DNA of 49,334 nucleotides, counting the filler, from Streblomastix strix (lineage: Eukaryota): assembly GCA_008636045.1 (NCBI GenBank). It is 3 parts of 3 records of this genome, joined end to end, with 100 filler letters (N's around TTAATTAATTAA, not from the genome) between each part and the next. Parts side by side here need not be neighbours in the genome. Positions count along the whole stretch, not along the records: positions 1 to 16,386 come from SNRW01000823.1; 2 more parts are not named here. One strand, written 5' to 3'. Of the stretch, positions 1 through 16,486 are shown one piece after another. The stretch's first letter is position 1, and the number at the start of each line of letters is the position of its first letter. The notes under the pieces are model-generated. The model searched no databases and was not told where the DNA came from. It was given only the letters and a program-made list of their open reading frames with translations. A program made the translations under genes and the position numbers.

Positions 1-3366
<3,366 letters not shown>

Positions 3367-3802
3367 GTTAAATGGCATTTATTGAACAACATTTTTTTGT
3401 CAACTTTTTAAAATTTATTCATTGTTTTTAAAAAATATTTATTTTGATTTATTTGTTGTACAATTCTATTTAACTTAATTGTTTATTCATATTTTATATT
3501 AATCATTATTAAGGAAATTTATTATCTTATAACTATTATTCATTTTAGAACTCTTATTCTTTTGGTTTAATTTTTAATTTTATATATTTCACTATTAAAT
3601 TTATCTGAAGGGTATTTATTAATTTATTTGAATATATTAAATTATCGTGATAATTGTCAACTATTAAAGGATTTTTTTAATATATTTTAAAGTTTATTCC
3701 TTCTTATTTAATATTTTTCTAAAAAAAAATATTATTACTTTTTTAATATTTTTGTAATTCTTTTGTTAAATTATTTGAGATTGTTTAATAAAATATAATG
3801 AA

Positions 3803-5200
3803 TTATTATCCCCGTATCTCCTTAACTGACATCTTTATTGAGATCCCATTGTGGCTCCAATATGATCGGTACACGAGCAGGCATCCGATCTATGGGGCGG
3901 CCTATTTAATGAGGTAAAGAATTCAGAAAGAAACAACAACTTTGCAAAAGTAATAAAAAATTACATCCGAGTCCCGGAAAAAAGAGTTCGGCAAAACAAG
4001 GCAAGAGAAGAAGAAATAAAAAATATACATATTGGAATGTGGGAAAAAATTAAATATTTTAAATCCTCTATGAAAAATATTGACTAAAGTTAATAAAAAA
4101 CCCAGTTAAATATATATAAATTTAGTAAAAATTTAAAAAAAAAATAAGTAGTGAGTAAAAAATTGGTCTGAGAAAACTTCTCTCGTGGGGAAAATAAATA
4201 ATTAAGATAAAAATTATTTTAACTAAATTAATAAATTAATCGTTTAACTGCTCTCTTGAAAAAAAAATCTGAGAATTTGATTGATAAACCTCAGTAGTAA
4301 TGGTATAAGTATATAAATAATTGTTAATCTATTAAAATATAAAATTAAATGCATTGATACTTCTTTAATTTTTAATCATTCTTGTAGGATTGATTTCATT
4401 TCAATCATTCATATATTTTCTATTAATATTTGACTATGCAATTTGTAGACAGCGTCTATATATCGATAATTCGTTAAATCAGAATTTTTAGACTTTGACT
4501 AAGTAATTTCCTTATTTCATCATCATTCCATGCCCTCAAGCCTGCTTTCTTCATCTTTTCACGTGTTCAACCCTTTGGTTCTCTTGGGAATTCTCTCATT
4601 ATTTTTAGATTCACCTCGATATGTGATAATCGTTATGGGTAAACCAGATGTGAGTTAAGGAGATACAAGGATAACAAATTATTACCCTGTCTCCAAGAGA
4701 GACGAGGATAATAACTGGTAACATCCTTCTCTCTTTATCGTATTTCATTATTGTGATTCCTAGTTATATCTTTCATTCTCTTAACCTGAAATATATGTAA
4801 TTTACCTAGTTATATCATTCACTATTACCGAAGATGCGAAAATTTAGATATGTTAAACAATAAATGAGAATTAGGAGTGATGCGTAAAAGTTGTAAGATC
4901 TCCCTTAGCGATACTTAGCTTTGCTAATTCAGAAGTTGAGGGGTGACATATTGAATGCACAGATGATCCAATTATCTTTTGTATTCTTAATAAATTTTGT
5001 AACATACAGGTTGATAACTTTTATAGTTGTTGGTTAATTAAAATCATAACAAAATTTTAAATATTTTAATTTTATCAAAGAATTTTTTTCTTGTCAATTA
5101 ATCCATTCATAAAATGTTTGTATTAAGTTTAATTTTTCATTTCCTGTTTAATATATTAAATATGTTTTTGTATGTTTTGATTATATCTGCATTAACTAAC
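3803..5200 (-). mobile_element. DIRS-like element copy A, 3' part: C-terminal half of the tyrosine recombinase remnant, internal complementary region and right terminal region
   Basis: The reverse complement aligns by eye with 46040-47410. Examples are the SxHSICHPSTSELAKL-type YR remnant near 4900-4970, FYEWI near 5100-5115, and terminal block 3803-4020 matching 47200-47410. Confidence 0.85.
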
Positions 5201-5211
5201 AGATTTCACTT

Positions 5212-8200
5212 TAAGGGTTTTGTGGGTCGCTTTTGGAGACCCGCAAAACAGAAATTAGACCTAAAATGCGACCTGCATTTTTAGTGCATATAGAGTAGTA
5301 TTCAAGCGTGAAAGGCGGGGAAAAGAAAAGAATTGTAAAAAAAAGATAGAAAAAATAAAAAAATAAAAATAAAATGAAACAAATATAGAAAAGTTTTATT
5401 AAATTATACAAATTAGAACGATAATTTGTAATAAACATTTAGATTTCTAACGAAAATTGCTTGATTTGTTTATTTTTATTTTTATATTTTTAAAAAAGAT
5501 GTATTCTATACTTTTTAATTAAATATTTACTAAATTCATATAAATTAAATTGATATTATTTTGAACAAATAATACATATAATATGTTTATGCACAAAATG
5601 CAAAAGTTTTCTTAAGTCATAATTTCGTATTTATTTAACTACTAATAAATATTCATGAGAAATATTTGCAGTATTCATTATTAATCAATTTTACTATTAT
5701 AAATAATTAATTTCATAAAGATTTTCACAATTTATTTTTTATTTATAAATCGATGTTTTGCTCATGAATTAAAAGTATATTTACTTTAGTTATTGTCTTT
5801 TTTTCGTTTTAAGTTAATTATATTTATTTTTAAAATTTCATCATTAATTTTTATTGAAAATATAATGCTGTTTCAATAAATTATCATTTTTTAACTTCTT
5901 TATTTTGATTTTTTATTTCTTATACAAATAAATTGAACGATTGCATTGTTTAAATTTAATTTATTATAAAAATATTTATATAAATTCAATGCTGACGTAT
6001 TTATTAAACTAAATTCATTATTTTCCCCTAATTTATTTAATTTAGTTTCAGAAATTCTGCAATGAATTTAAAAAATTGCAATAACATTAATCTTGCCTTA
6101 ACTTACAGCGATGGAAATGCTTCAATGCAAAAGGATAAGGAGCCTGAAATGAAAAGAACATCTTCCAACAAGAATCAACGTTTGAATTTATTTAAATAAT
6201 TTTGTTTGATAATCGTTAATTATGTTTTTAAATTTTATAGATTAGCTTAAACTGAACTTTATAAAACAATCTGAATCTAAAAAATATAAATAAAGCATCA
6301 AATCAAAATTACACGATGACGATGAAGAAGATTAATAATAATTGAAGCCCAAATCACGTATAACCTATTATAGTATTATTTATATTGTATAATAATATAT
6401 AAATCTACATTTTACTGTTTTATTTGATAAATTTTTAATATGTTTATATATATGCTTAAGTAGTTGATGTCAAAAGAGGATACTCTTCTCTTGGTTTGAA
6501 TGAAAACGAAGAGGGTGTAAAAAGAGCAAAAATTAGTTAATCAGAGAATAAATTAGAAGAAATAGAAGAAAATATTCGTTAAAATGAAATTAATAAAGAT
6601 AGAAAGAAAGAAAAAATTAATTCGATTATAATTGAGCAAGACATAAATAAACAAAAGATTAGCTAAAATCAGAATGATAAAGATCAAAATAAAAAATAAT
6701 TTAGTTAGTTTGAGATAGAATATGATGAAAAAGAAGAAAACATTAATTTATATGAAATTGATAAAGATGAAAATAAATAAAATATTAGTTCGATTATAAT
6801 TGATTAAGATAAAATGAAAGGAACGAACAGCAAAACGCAGAAGGACATAGAAGAGAAAAAAATAAAAATTAGATTAATAAAGAATAAAAAAGTTGAAAAG
6901 AAAGACAAAACCGGTTTAATTAGGAATAAGACATTATAAAAAGGTAAAACAGAATAAATTTAACCGAAAGTAAAAAAAATTTAAAGAAGAATTGATTCAT
7001 AAAAAAAAATTGTTGATAAAAATGGCAAATAAATATTTAGATTGAACAATCCAGCAAATGGTGGGCTGAGGTGTACTATTTGTGAAGATGTTCTTGATCC
7101 AAAGCACTTAACAAACAAAGAACTTGTGAGCAAAGATACATTTTCATCGGAATAAAAGTTATTAAGAAAACATTTAACATCGAACAATCATTTAAATGCT
7201 TTGTCGACAATAAAAGATTAAGAAACTTCTCAAATAATATAATAAGCAAAATTGTTCCAAAGTTTAATGATTAAATGCGCAGCAGATTAAATAGAATCAG
7301 TTTATTTCATTACCAGAAACGAGATTTCTAATAACAAATGTGAAGAACTACAGTAACTCATTGTATCAGTTACAAATTCTAAAATTTTAACAGATTTGAG
7401 TCACACTTCATACACAGCAACAGCGGAGTTTATAAAGTATATTTAGGATTAAATACAAAAATAATTAATGATTTAAGTGAATGATGCTAAACAATTTAGT
7501 TTATGTGTTGATGAAAGCACTGATGTTGCTTCATTAAATCAATTTGCAACACTTATTCGATTTTTGGATGAAACGGAAATCCGTAAACTAAATATCTGGA
7601 AATTCGTCCTCTATCATATAAAGGAACTACAGCTGATAATTTATTTGATACTCTTTGAGATGTGTGTGCCGATCTTGGATTAAATTTAGATTATCTTATA
7701 ACTATGTGAGTTAATGTAGCTGCGTCTATGATAGGCTGTTATCATTCAATGACATCAAAAATGAAAGAATTGTTCGCTTTTATTATAATATTTCATGGCA
7801 TAGCTCATAGGCTAAACTTAGCAGAATTAGACGCCATAAAAGGTATTTAAATGCAACATCTTCGCACCACGGAAGCAATAACTTAACAATTGTAGCACTA
7901 ATTCGCTGTCTTTTCACTTCACGCTGCTATTTTTGCATAAATTCATTTATTAAACGAAGATGTATAGGTTTACCTCAAAAAATTAGTTACAACAAAATGG
8001 CTTTCCTGATATGATTCAGTAACCGCAACTATAAATGAACTAACATCCATTTGGATTGCATTGAATTAAATATGGATTGAAAGAGGAGGTTTATTGGCAA
8101 AAGGATTATTATATCAGACAATGAAGAAGAAATTTATTAAGTCATTGTATAAACTTAAGAATGTTATATTTCACATAAAGAGATTATTCCTTGTTTTCTA

Positions 8201-9295
8201 GTAAGTAGCATTAGTTCATAATTAGATTTCATCAGCAATTGAATCATGCAAAAAAGAACTTCTAAGGATTAGAAATAACTAATTAATAATTTAAGAAGTG
8301 AAGGAAAATTGGCATACGTATTAAATAGCAACTGAAACATTGAATAAAAACAAAGCAAAATCTAAAACAATTGGATAACGGTTACTTCAGTAAAATGAAT
8401 AATAAGTGGAGAAAAATGAAGTAAAATAAAGTGAGTAGGAGAAAAGTTCAAATGATACTTAAAAGAATAACGAAATAAATTCAAAAAAGTCGGAAAAGGC
8501 ATTGTATGCATTTAAACTTGACGACAAAGACATCAATTGGTTAGAAAAAACATCATGCAAATATATTGATGCAATAATTCAACAAATTAGTTAAAGGCTG
8601 GATGATTAAAAGTTTCTGTCTAACTTTTCAATCTTCGATCAGTAATTTGCTTTTATTAATAAAGATAATCATGAGTATGGTTTAGAGCAGTTGGATTAAT
8701 TGTTACAGTTGTATCATAAGCAACTTAAAAATATAAGAAAAGATAATATTTTTTTAGAGTGGAGAGGAATAAAAGGAACGCTTGTGTCACGAAGTGTATT
8801 TGCAAATTGCAAGCAAAAAGATGTATGTCAAACTATTGCTAAAAGGAATGATAATGTTTTCGACAGATTTCCATCCATTTAATTTCTTTTCCAAGCTTGT
8901 CTTTCAATTCCAGTTGACAACTGCTGGCCAGAGCGTAGTTTTTCATAAATGAAAAGGATAAAACTATTAAACAAAAGTTAATTAGGAACAATAATGATTT
9001 AATGGTTATTTAACATAAAAATGAATGGATGGGGCAAAATGTCAAAATAAAAAGCAAGAGAAATAGCTGAGCAATGGTATTATGCAAAGGATAGAAGATT
9101 GGGTGTGAATAAACAAGATACAGTTGAATCGCTTCAAACAAACATATATTCCGAAATGGTTTAAGTTATCTTAGTTAAGTATTTTTGATACGAACGGTTT
9201 TATTTATGGGTGAAATTTGTTTTGAATAAATATTTATTAAATTAAAACATAATGGATACCCGCAAAAAAAATCGGAGACTGGCACAAATTTCTTA
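5212..9295 (+). mobile_element. hAT-superfamily DNA transposon (degenerate), inserted into the DIRS YR gene
   Basis: Contains a hAT transposase. GC-richer subterminal blocks share ACCCGCAAAA at both ends. Imperfect terminal inverted match TAAGGGTTTTGTG (5212) / CACAAATTTCTTA (9283-9295). DIRS homology resumes on both sides. Exact ends are uncertain and no TSD was seen. Confidence 0.65.
5989..9188 (+). pseudogene. hAT transposase (ZNF862/ZMYM-like type), intron-containing and inactivated
   Basis: Motifs: CTIC..RKHLTSNNH zinc-finger-like, FSLCVDESTD (catalytic D), FHGIAHRLNL, TKWLS*YDS and LSIPVDNCWPERSFS (dimerisation domain/E). Frameshift near 7585 and in-frame TGA at 7656, 7707 and 8007. 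The short 5' exons and start are tentative. Confidence 0.85.
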
Positions 9296-9344
9296 AAAGG
9301 AGCGCTGTTAATTAAAATGCTACATGATTCTTCTATCTGTAAGC

Positions 9345-11070
9345 TTTTGCGATTTTTTACCTGTTTAACACAGCAATTTAAATAATTATTTGGTTTTATT
9401 ATCCCCAATAATTGAATAATATTTAGAAATTCTAAATCTTTTTTTAACTCCAATGAGGAAATACGGAATTTGTTTATATTTTACTAATCAGTTTTGATAC
9501 TATTGTTGTTACTAGAGTGACTTTAAATGTGAAAGAAAGCGTGGCTTTTACTAAAGATTAATGAGATTTAGCTGATACAAACAAGTAATTTTCGTAATAT
9601 GTCCAACCAATCATACAGTAGAGTTGCAGAGTAAAAGTCTTTTTTTATTTAATTAAATCTTTAGCTTTTAAATAGTAAGTTATCTTTTTCTTCTGAAAAT
9701 CCTTTCATTTTCATGTATCTCATTAGTAAATTTCTTCCTACATGTGTGACAGGTCCAAAAGGAAGGCGCCCACATTGCCTGGTGGAAGCTTCTGATTCTA
9801 ATCTTTCATTCTCTGTCCTATCTCTAGTATTTTCTCTGAAAACCTAAGGAAAATGAACTTAATGAATAAATTATATTGTTTTGTGTGCCAATATTGTCTA
9901 TGCCAGATCGGTCTTATTATTATTCTTTGTGCATTGTCTTATTTTATTTTCTATAGTATCCTATTTAATACGTATATTAGTGGATTGACGTATAATTTGA
10001 CTTTGCCCATTTTGTAGTTGAACACGTAATGGAAATGTGTCTCTAGATCATTGAGATCCACTGTTGCATAATTGTTGAATAATTTATTATATTGCTTTGC
10101 GAATATATCTGTCTGTTGCATGTAGTTCCATGTCTTGCAGATTATTAAAATTAATTTATCCTTCAGTGCGTAATCACCCGATCTGCACAGTCAAAACAAT
10201 GAATCTGCTGTTGAATTTTGTTTTCCAAGGATATTGATTGTAGTGATTTGTAATTGAAATATTTTCATTAAGTCAAATACCTGTTCAATTCTTTCTATCA
10301 GCGATTCCTTCGCTTTCCATTTCCCAATATCGTTAACTGCTATTATGTTATCTGTACATATTATTATTGCCTGAGCTTGCATCTTCTTAAAAACTTGTTC
10401 GAAATTGAGTATACTGTAATAGATTGCTTTGATTTCCTTGACGATACATGTTATTTCTACTTCTTTCTCGCTCCAACAGTCGAATTGAATTAATTCTATT
10501 TTGTTCTCATATATTAATGTTGCTCCCTAGACCTGTAGCGCTGCGTATGTTGCTGACAGGCTTGTTATTGTTCTGCTAATCAATGACTCTGGTTAGTTAT
10601 TCCCTTTTATCCTTATCCACAATTTAAGTTCTCTTATTATTCTTTTATTCACTATCATGCTATTGTCCAAAGATTTCATTTTTAATGCTTATGTCTTTTC
10701 TATGTTCAGATATACTAGATACAGCGATATTTCACTGATCTGGGTCTTAGGAAGTTTAATCTCTCAATTAATGATGCCAGTTATCTTATCTTCACCCTTT
10801 TGTTCATAAATATTGCCTTGCGCCAATTTTTCATTATATACATCATCTTCAGCTTTCTTTCTTCCTACATTCTTATATTCAATCATGCTAAGTCTTTATT
10901 CTTCTTACACATAAAATCTACAATCCTATTTTAACTCTCTTGAGGAGGCTCTCTCATCAACGCTCATCATCTCGATCCTGGAAGGAAATAGCAGCTTTGA
11001 TTTCCCTTGGATTAGCTGCTTCTGCAAGATCAGTGGCACTTTGTTCTCAACGTGTTTTTTGATCACCTTG
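9345..11070 (-). mobile_element. DIRS-like element copy A, upstream part: ORF1/RT junction with most of RT deleted, then RNase H, MTase-like domain and YR N-terminus
   Basis: ORF 10191-10382 (ICTDNIIAVNDIGKWKAKESLIERI..NSTADSL) matches the RNase H at 44800-45000. 9350-9760 matches 45440-45920, and 10900-11040 matches 43400-43550. Confidence 0.85.
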
Positions 11071-12099
11071 TATATTGAAATATTATTCAAATAATAAATT
11101 CTTTTAATTTAATTTTTATTCAAAATTTTTTAAATTTAAGTATTTTTACTTCTCATCTATTAAACTATTTAATATTCGTTTATATTTTATTATTAATTAT
11201 AAATATTTATATTTAAATTAAATTAATTTTAAAAATTATAAATAAATTTAAAAAAAATAAAAAAAATTTAACAAAAAATTTTAAAATTTTTTAATTTTTT
11301 AAATTAAAAAATAGAGTTTCAAAAATTTTATAAATTTATAGACAAGAAATTTAAACATAATAAAAGATTTTTGAAAAAAATTTAATGATGATATGGTTAA
11401 AACAAATTAAGGTCTCATGATTGAAATGAGGACTGGACTAAACTCTGATATTCAAAGTTTCTGAATTAAGGTACTATTTCAAAAAATGTATCCTGATAAT
11501 GAAAATTTCAAATAAAAGTTGGTGATTCTATTACATTTTAAATGACTTGAAATTTAGAGATTCTGCAAATTGCCAAATAGTCATGTACTAGATTTTATAT
11601 TTCATTCGCTCGATCTCAAAAACTTGCTTCTAGATCTATTTTAATGCATTGAAGTAATTTTTTTTATTTTCTCCAGTTAGTAGCAAAGGAGGATTTCCAG
11701 ATCTAGTTGAGTAATTAACATCGCTGCATTCTTCGAAACGATTCATTCTGGGCACAGTGAAACGTGCACTTAGAGCTTCACGTTCTGGCCGGTTCAAGTA
11801 GGCTCTGTTTCCAGAATCTATACAAACTGAAGCTAAAATTTTTAAAGATAATATGCAGCTTTTTTTATTAATTTCTTATCTTAATATCAACTCTCATGAA
11901 GGCTACTTTGCATTAGCAGATATAGGCTGCACTATGAATTCTACAATGATAAACAATGCATAATAAAATTATAAAATTAATAGTATATTATTTCAATATC
12001 AAAGATGAAAAAAATAGTACACTTGACTTCGGATAAATGAAATCAGTTTACAATTTACTTAATTATCAAGAGAATTTAAAATAATTGTCCCATTATAAG

Positions 12100-12808
12100 G
12101 TAAAATAAATTATTTCGAAATTATATAAATAGTATAACTATATAAATCTAAAGAGATTATGTCAATGAGTTGCTTCGACGAATATGAAGGAGAAATTCAC
12201 GAATGAATGAAATTAAACCATTCATTCGAGAAGAATTATATATTTAATGAAGAATCAACGCATTTAAATTTATATTTAATAGTTTACAATTAAATTTATA
12301 CTTTTACTATTACTACTTGAGGTTTTTCTATGAGATTCTATATTTTCTTTTCCCCATATGAGCTGTTAAACCATAATTCTATTAATTTTAATGGAGCATT
12401 TAATCTCATTCTTTTATTTTCCCACACGAAAGAAGTTCTTTCAAACCATTTTTTTACTCTCTTTTCAGTATTTTCTAAAATTTTTACTAAATTTATATAT
12501 ATTTAACTGGGTATTTTATTAATTTTAATCAATACTTTTCGTAGAGGATTTTTATTATTTAATTTATTCCTACCATGACTATTATATTATTCAATTTCTT
12601 CTTGTCTTGCCTCGTTTTGCCGAACTGTCTTTACTGGGAGTCGGATGTAATTTTTATTTTAATTTATAAATTTGTTGCTTCTTTCTGAATTCTTTACCTC
12701 ATCAAATAGGCCGCCCCATAGATCGGATTCCTGTACGTGAACCGACCATATTGGAGCCACGATGGTATCTCAATAAAGAGGTGAGATAAGGAGAAACGTG
12801 GATAACAA
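12100..12808 (+). mobile_element. DIRS-like element copy B: isolated terminal region
   Basis: Colinear with 46720-47410 and ends ..AGAGGTGAGATAAGGAGAAACGTGGATAACAA. The left boundary is approximate. Confidence 0.8.
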
Positions 12809-13251
12809 TTCAATATTTAAGTTTCCTATAAAAAATAAAGTAATATTTTATTTCAAATTAGATAATTCACTCAAAAATTTTAGATCAATTCAATAATTTT
12901 AATTATTCAATTTAATTTTTATTTGAATTTCAAATCATTCTTAGGATTTCATTTTAATACTTAATAATTTTTATTCTTTCAATCATGTTATTTGTTAATC
13001 GAATTAAATTCTCCAATATTTGAATTAAAAATAGCAACAAAAAATAATTTGTTCCGAATTTTTAAGAAAAATACTCAATTACATTCATATTATAATTTGA
13101 TTTAAGTTTTAATTTATATGAAGTTGTTATGATTTGAAATTAATAAATATAAAATAAAAATTAAATATATTAAATTGAAAAATATCCCAGATAAAAATTT
13201 AAACTCCCCTTTGTTAAATTTATAATTCTTTGAATAACTGTTATAATTTCA

Positions 13252-15229
13252 TCATTATTTCCCTAACAGTAGAATAGTTTATAGTTGTTGTTCTAAGGAT
13301 TGGATTTATTGTTTCAGTTGTGATTGTGTTGTGATGTTCTCTTATTCTTTCGTTTTATAATATTGGTTCAAAATAGTTACAGTAGACATCCTATCACTAA
13401 GAAACTTATTATCATTCTTCTACTCATTGATCTATTATTCATTATCAAATTTGCATTTCTCCAATTACTCTATCTGTTCTCTGAATTCCTGACATTACTG
13501 TTAAAGTATTACGTAATTCTGCCTCATTTAGTCTATTTCTGGACTTTGAAGTGCCTGAAGCTGAGTCAGAATGTCTTTTTATTTGAATTATTCATCTTCT
13601 AATAATTAATCTTTCTTTTCAAGTTCTAATTTTTATTCTTATTTTTCCTATTCAATTTTTTTGCTCAATTGAATTATCTATTTTACATAATCCCAAGACT
13701 ACTTCTCGTAGAAAATTTACTACTTATCCAAATTATCCTACAATTAATTTTATATTTATATCTATTTCTCCATTTCTAACTTATTTATATCATTAATTTT
13801 TTTAATCAGTTCTCCATGCTTTGATTTTTCTTCCTCTTTATCTTTACTAACTTCTTCTTTATACAAATCAATCTCTTCTTACATTTGTTTTTTAGCTTCT
13901 TCAATCCTTATTTTTTTCTCTTCTCTTTCCTTCTTGATTGCTTCAGCTACAATATTCCGCATTCTTTCTTATTCATCATTTAATTTTTGCTCAAATTTCT
14001 CTTTTTTAGCCTTTTCTCGCTCATTGTATCTTTCACGCTCTATTTTTCTGTTTTCGTTCAATTGACGCTTCAGTTCTTCTTCTTGTACTTTTAAATGCGT
14101 ATCAAATTTAGCTTATTCTTCTTTACGCATTTTTTCGACTTCTTCAGCGATTTTCTGATGAATCTGTTCTTCTTTTAATCGAATTTCTTCTTCTTTTAAT
14201 TTCAATTGGTTTTCTTTATCCATCATTTCTTCTTCCTGGATTTTGATCCGAGTGTCAAATTTAGTTTATTCTTCTTTTTGCATTTTTTCAACATCTTCAT
14301 TATTCTTCTGCTGAATCTGTTCTTCTTTAAATCGAATTTCCTCATCTTTTTGTCTCTTATATTTATCCATATCATCTTTAAACTAATCCTACAGCTTCTG
14401 CAACTAAACTTTATAGTCATTCTCTTTCAAATCCATCTTCAACTACCAATCAGCTAATATAACTTCTTTTTCTTACTGGTTCTTGTTCTCCTGTATTTTG
14501 ATCTATTTTTTATACAGATCTTCGCATTCTTTCAATTTTTCTTGGCTTTTATCTTACTGATCAGTTGTTAATAATCGACTTATTTCAATTTCTTTTTTCT
14601 TTTGGTTAACTCTCAATTATGTTTCTAATTCTTATCTTTCAATTTCTATTTATTCAATTCTATGCTCTTATTCTTTAATAATTCTCAAATTATCATTATT
14701 TATAGCTTTGAATTTTGTTTCATTCTCACATGAAATCTTAATTTCAAGTTCAAGTTCGTGTTTTAATCTTTCATTTTCTGACTTCATTTGTCCATTCTCA
14801 AAATTCAGCCTTTCTTTTTCATCTTCTATTTTCCTTCTTTTCTCAATTTCTAATTTTTTCTTCTTCTCTAATTCATCTGCTTTTTAAATTATTTCTAATT
14901 TTTGCTCTCTTTCGCTTCACAGTTCTTATTCCATTATTCTTTTGTCATTCTTCTATTACAATAAAATATCTTCAGCTTTCTTAGCTCTTTCTTCATTTTC
15001 TTCATTTTATTCTTATGCTTCGCGAAGTCTTCCTTCAAGTGTCTTGGATTTCTCAAATAGCTATTATTGTAATTCTAATTTCTATCCTCTTAAAGATTCA
15101 TTCTCTGATTTAAGTAAGCGGATTAATGACGCAGTTGCCACAGACTTATAAATGAATTAAAAATTTTGGAGTAAAAATAAATCAGCAAACATCAGCAACT
15201 CCACCTTAATGTTATGTTGAATCTTCCAT
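13252..15229 (-). pseudogene. Long E/K/Q-rich coiled-coil protein gene with one intron and one in-frame TGA
   Basis: MEDSTQHQGGVAD, then a GT-AG intron, then SVATASLIRLLKSENESLRGQKLELQQQL.. Open with TAR=Gln except for TGA at 14917-14919 (EL*SERE). The 3' end is approximate. Confidence 0.55.
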
Positions 15230-16386
15230 CTGTATCAAGAAAGGAAAATTAAAAAATATAAAATTTTTGAAATATTTAGACTAAAATGATAAGAAAATAT
15301 ATAAATATGTTATTTTAAATAAATGAGTGAAATATACTCAAGAAAAATGTTTATACGAGAATAAAAATTTAGAATTGGATGAATAAATTAAAAAATTAAA
15401 AAAAAATTTAAAGCGAGTTTTTAATCTTGGATATGAGAGTTATTTTCAGTTTACAATATGAAATAAATTTAAGTTTATAAATTTAAACATGTGCTCAAAA
15501 CTTTAATGTTTGATGTAGAATATTTGTGCAAGGAACGCAAAAACATTTTTTTGTAAAAAAATATTTTGATTGAAAACAATTAGATGTCAAAACTGTATAT
15601 TAATTCTAAAATGTTGATGTATTTATTTTTCAGCCGTAAATTATCATTATTATTACATAATTCATTATACATCGTGAATTTTTGAACAACAAAATTTAGT
15701 TTGAAATAAAAAATACAACAAAAACAGTCTGTTTATTTCTGTTTTATACTAATTATTATTTTGTAATTAATTTTACCTACATATTTTAAATATTTTACCA
15801 TTTTAGGATGCTGCTTGTAGCAAAAAAACGAGAATAAACTCGCAGATCATATATCTCTTTTTTTGCAGCATATTTCGTCTTATCAGTGATATTACTACTT
15901 GTATACTTTATTTCAAAATCAATACGCTTCATTTTTACGTATGGCACAACGATATATTGCTTGTAGAACGAAATTTATTGATAATTCAAACAAATTTGGT
16001 GATTTTAAGCGAAATATCTTTTATACTTCCTAATAAATCATCAATATTAATCAGATAAACTATAAGAATAAAATAAATTCTGCTAGGACATATTTTTAGC
16101 TCAATTATACATTATTTCGAAACACATTTAGAAAACTCATGAATTCTGCTTGAATAGAATCATAAGTAACCACTTACGTGATTATTTAAGCAACCACTTA
16201 GATTTGGAGCTCCCATTTATTTTAGAGACTGTCAGCCAAGCAGTATGGGCCAGTCAACAAAACAAGTAATTGTTCACGAATGCGCGACGAAAAGGACTCA
16301 CCAACCCCCTCACCACACCCAGTTGTGTATAGAGAAGGTCCTGTTAGCACTATTATCGACACCACCGGACCAACTACGGGGATTTC

Positions 16387-16486
16387 NNNNNNNNNNNNNN
16401 NNNNNNNNNNNNNNNNNNNNNNNNNNNNNNTTAATTAATTAANNNNNNNNNNNNNNNNNNNNNNNNNNNNNNNNNNNNNNNNNNNN
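16387..16486. other. Artificial contig linker (N44-TTAATTAATTAA-N44)
   Basis: Ns flank a spacer that carries standard-code stops in all frames; identical to 32869-32968. Confidence 0.97.

Noticed and set aside
11380..12010. Coding-like fragment, possibly a kinase-associated remnant
   Set aside because: Broken frames and no diagnostic motif.
12100..12808. Copy B as the left inverted terminal repeat of copy A (a single element spanning 3803-12808)
   Set aside because: The orientation fits, but its terminal variant (TTATCTCACCTCT type) matches copy C rather than copy A, and unrelated sequence lies at 11070-12100. Not fully excluded.
16431..16442. TTAATTAATTAA palindrome between N runs (also 32913-32924)
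   Set aside because: Synthetic linker. The contigs are size-sorted (16386, 16382, 16366 bp), so adjacency across linkers has no biological meaning.
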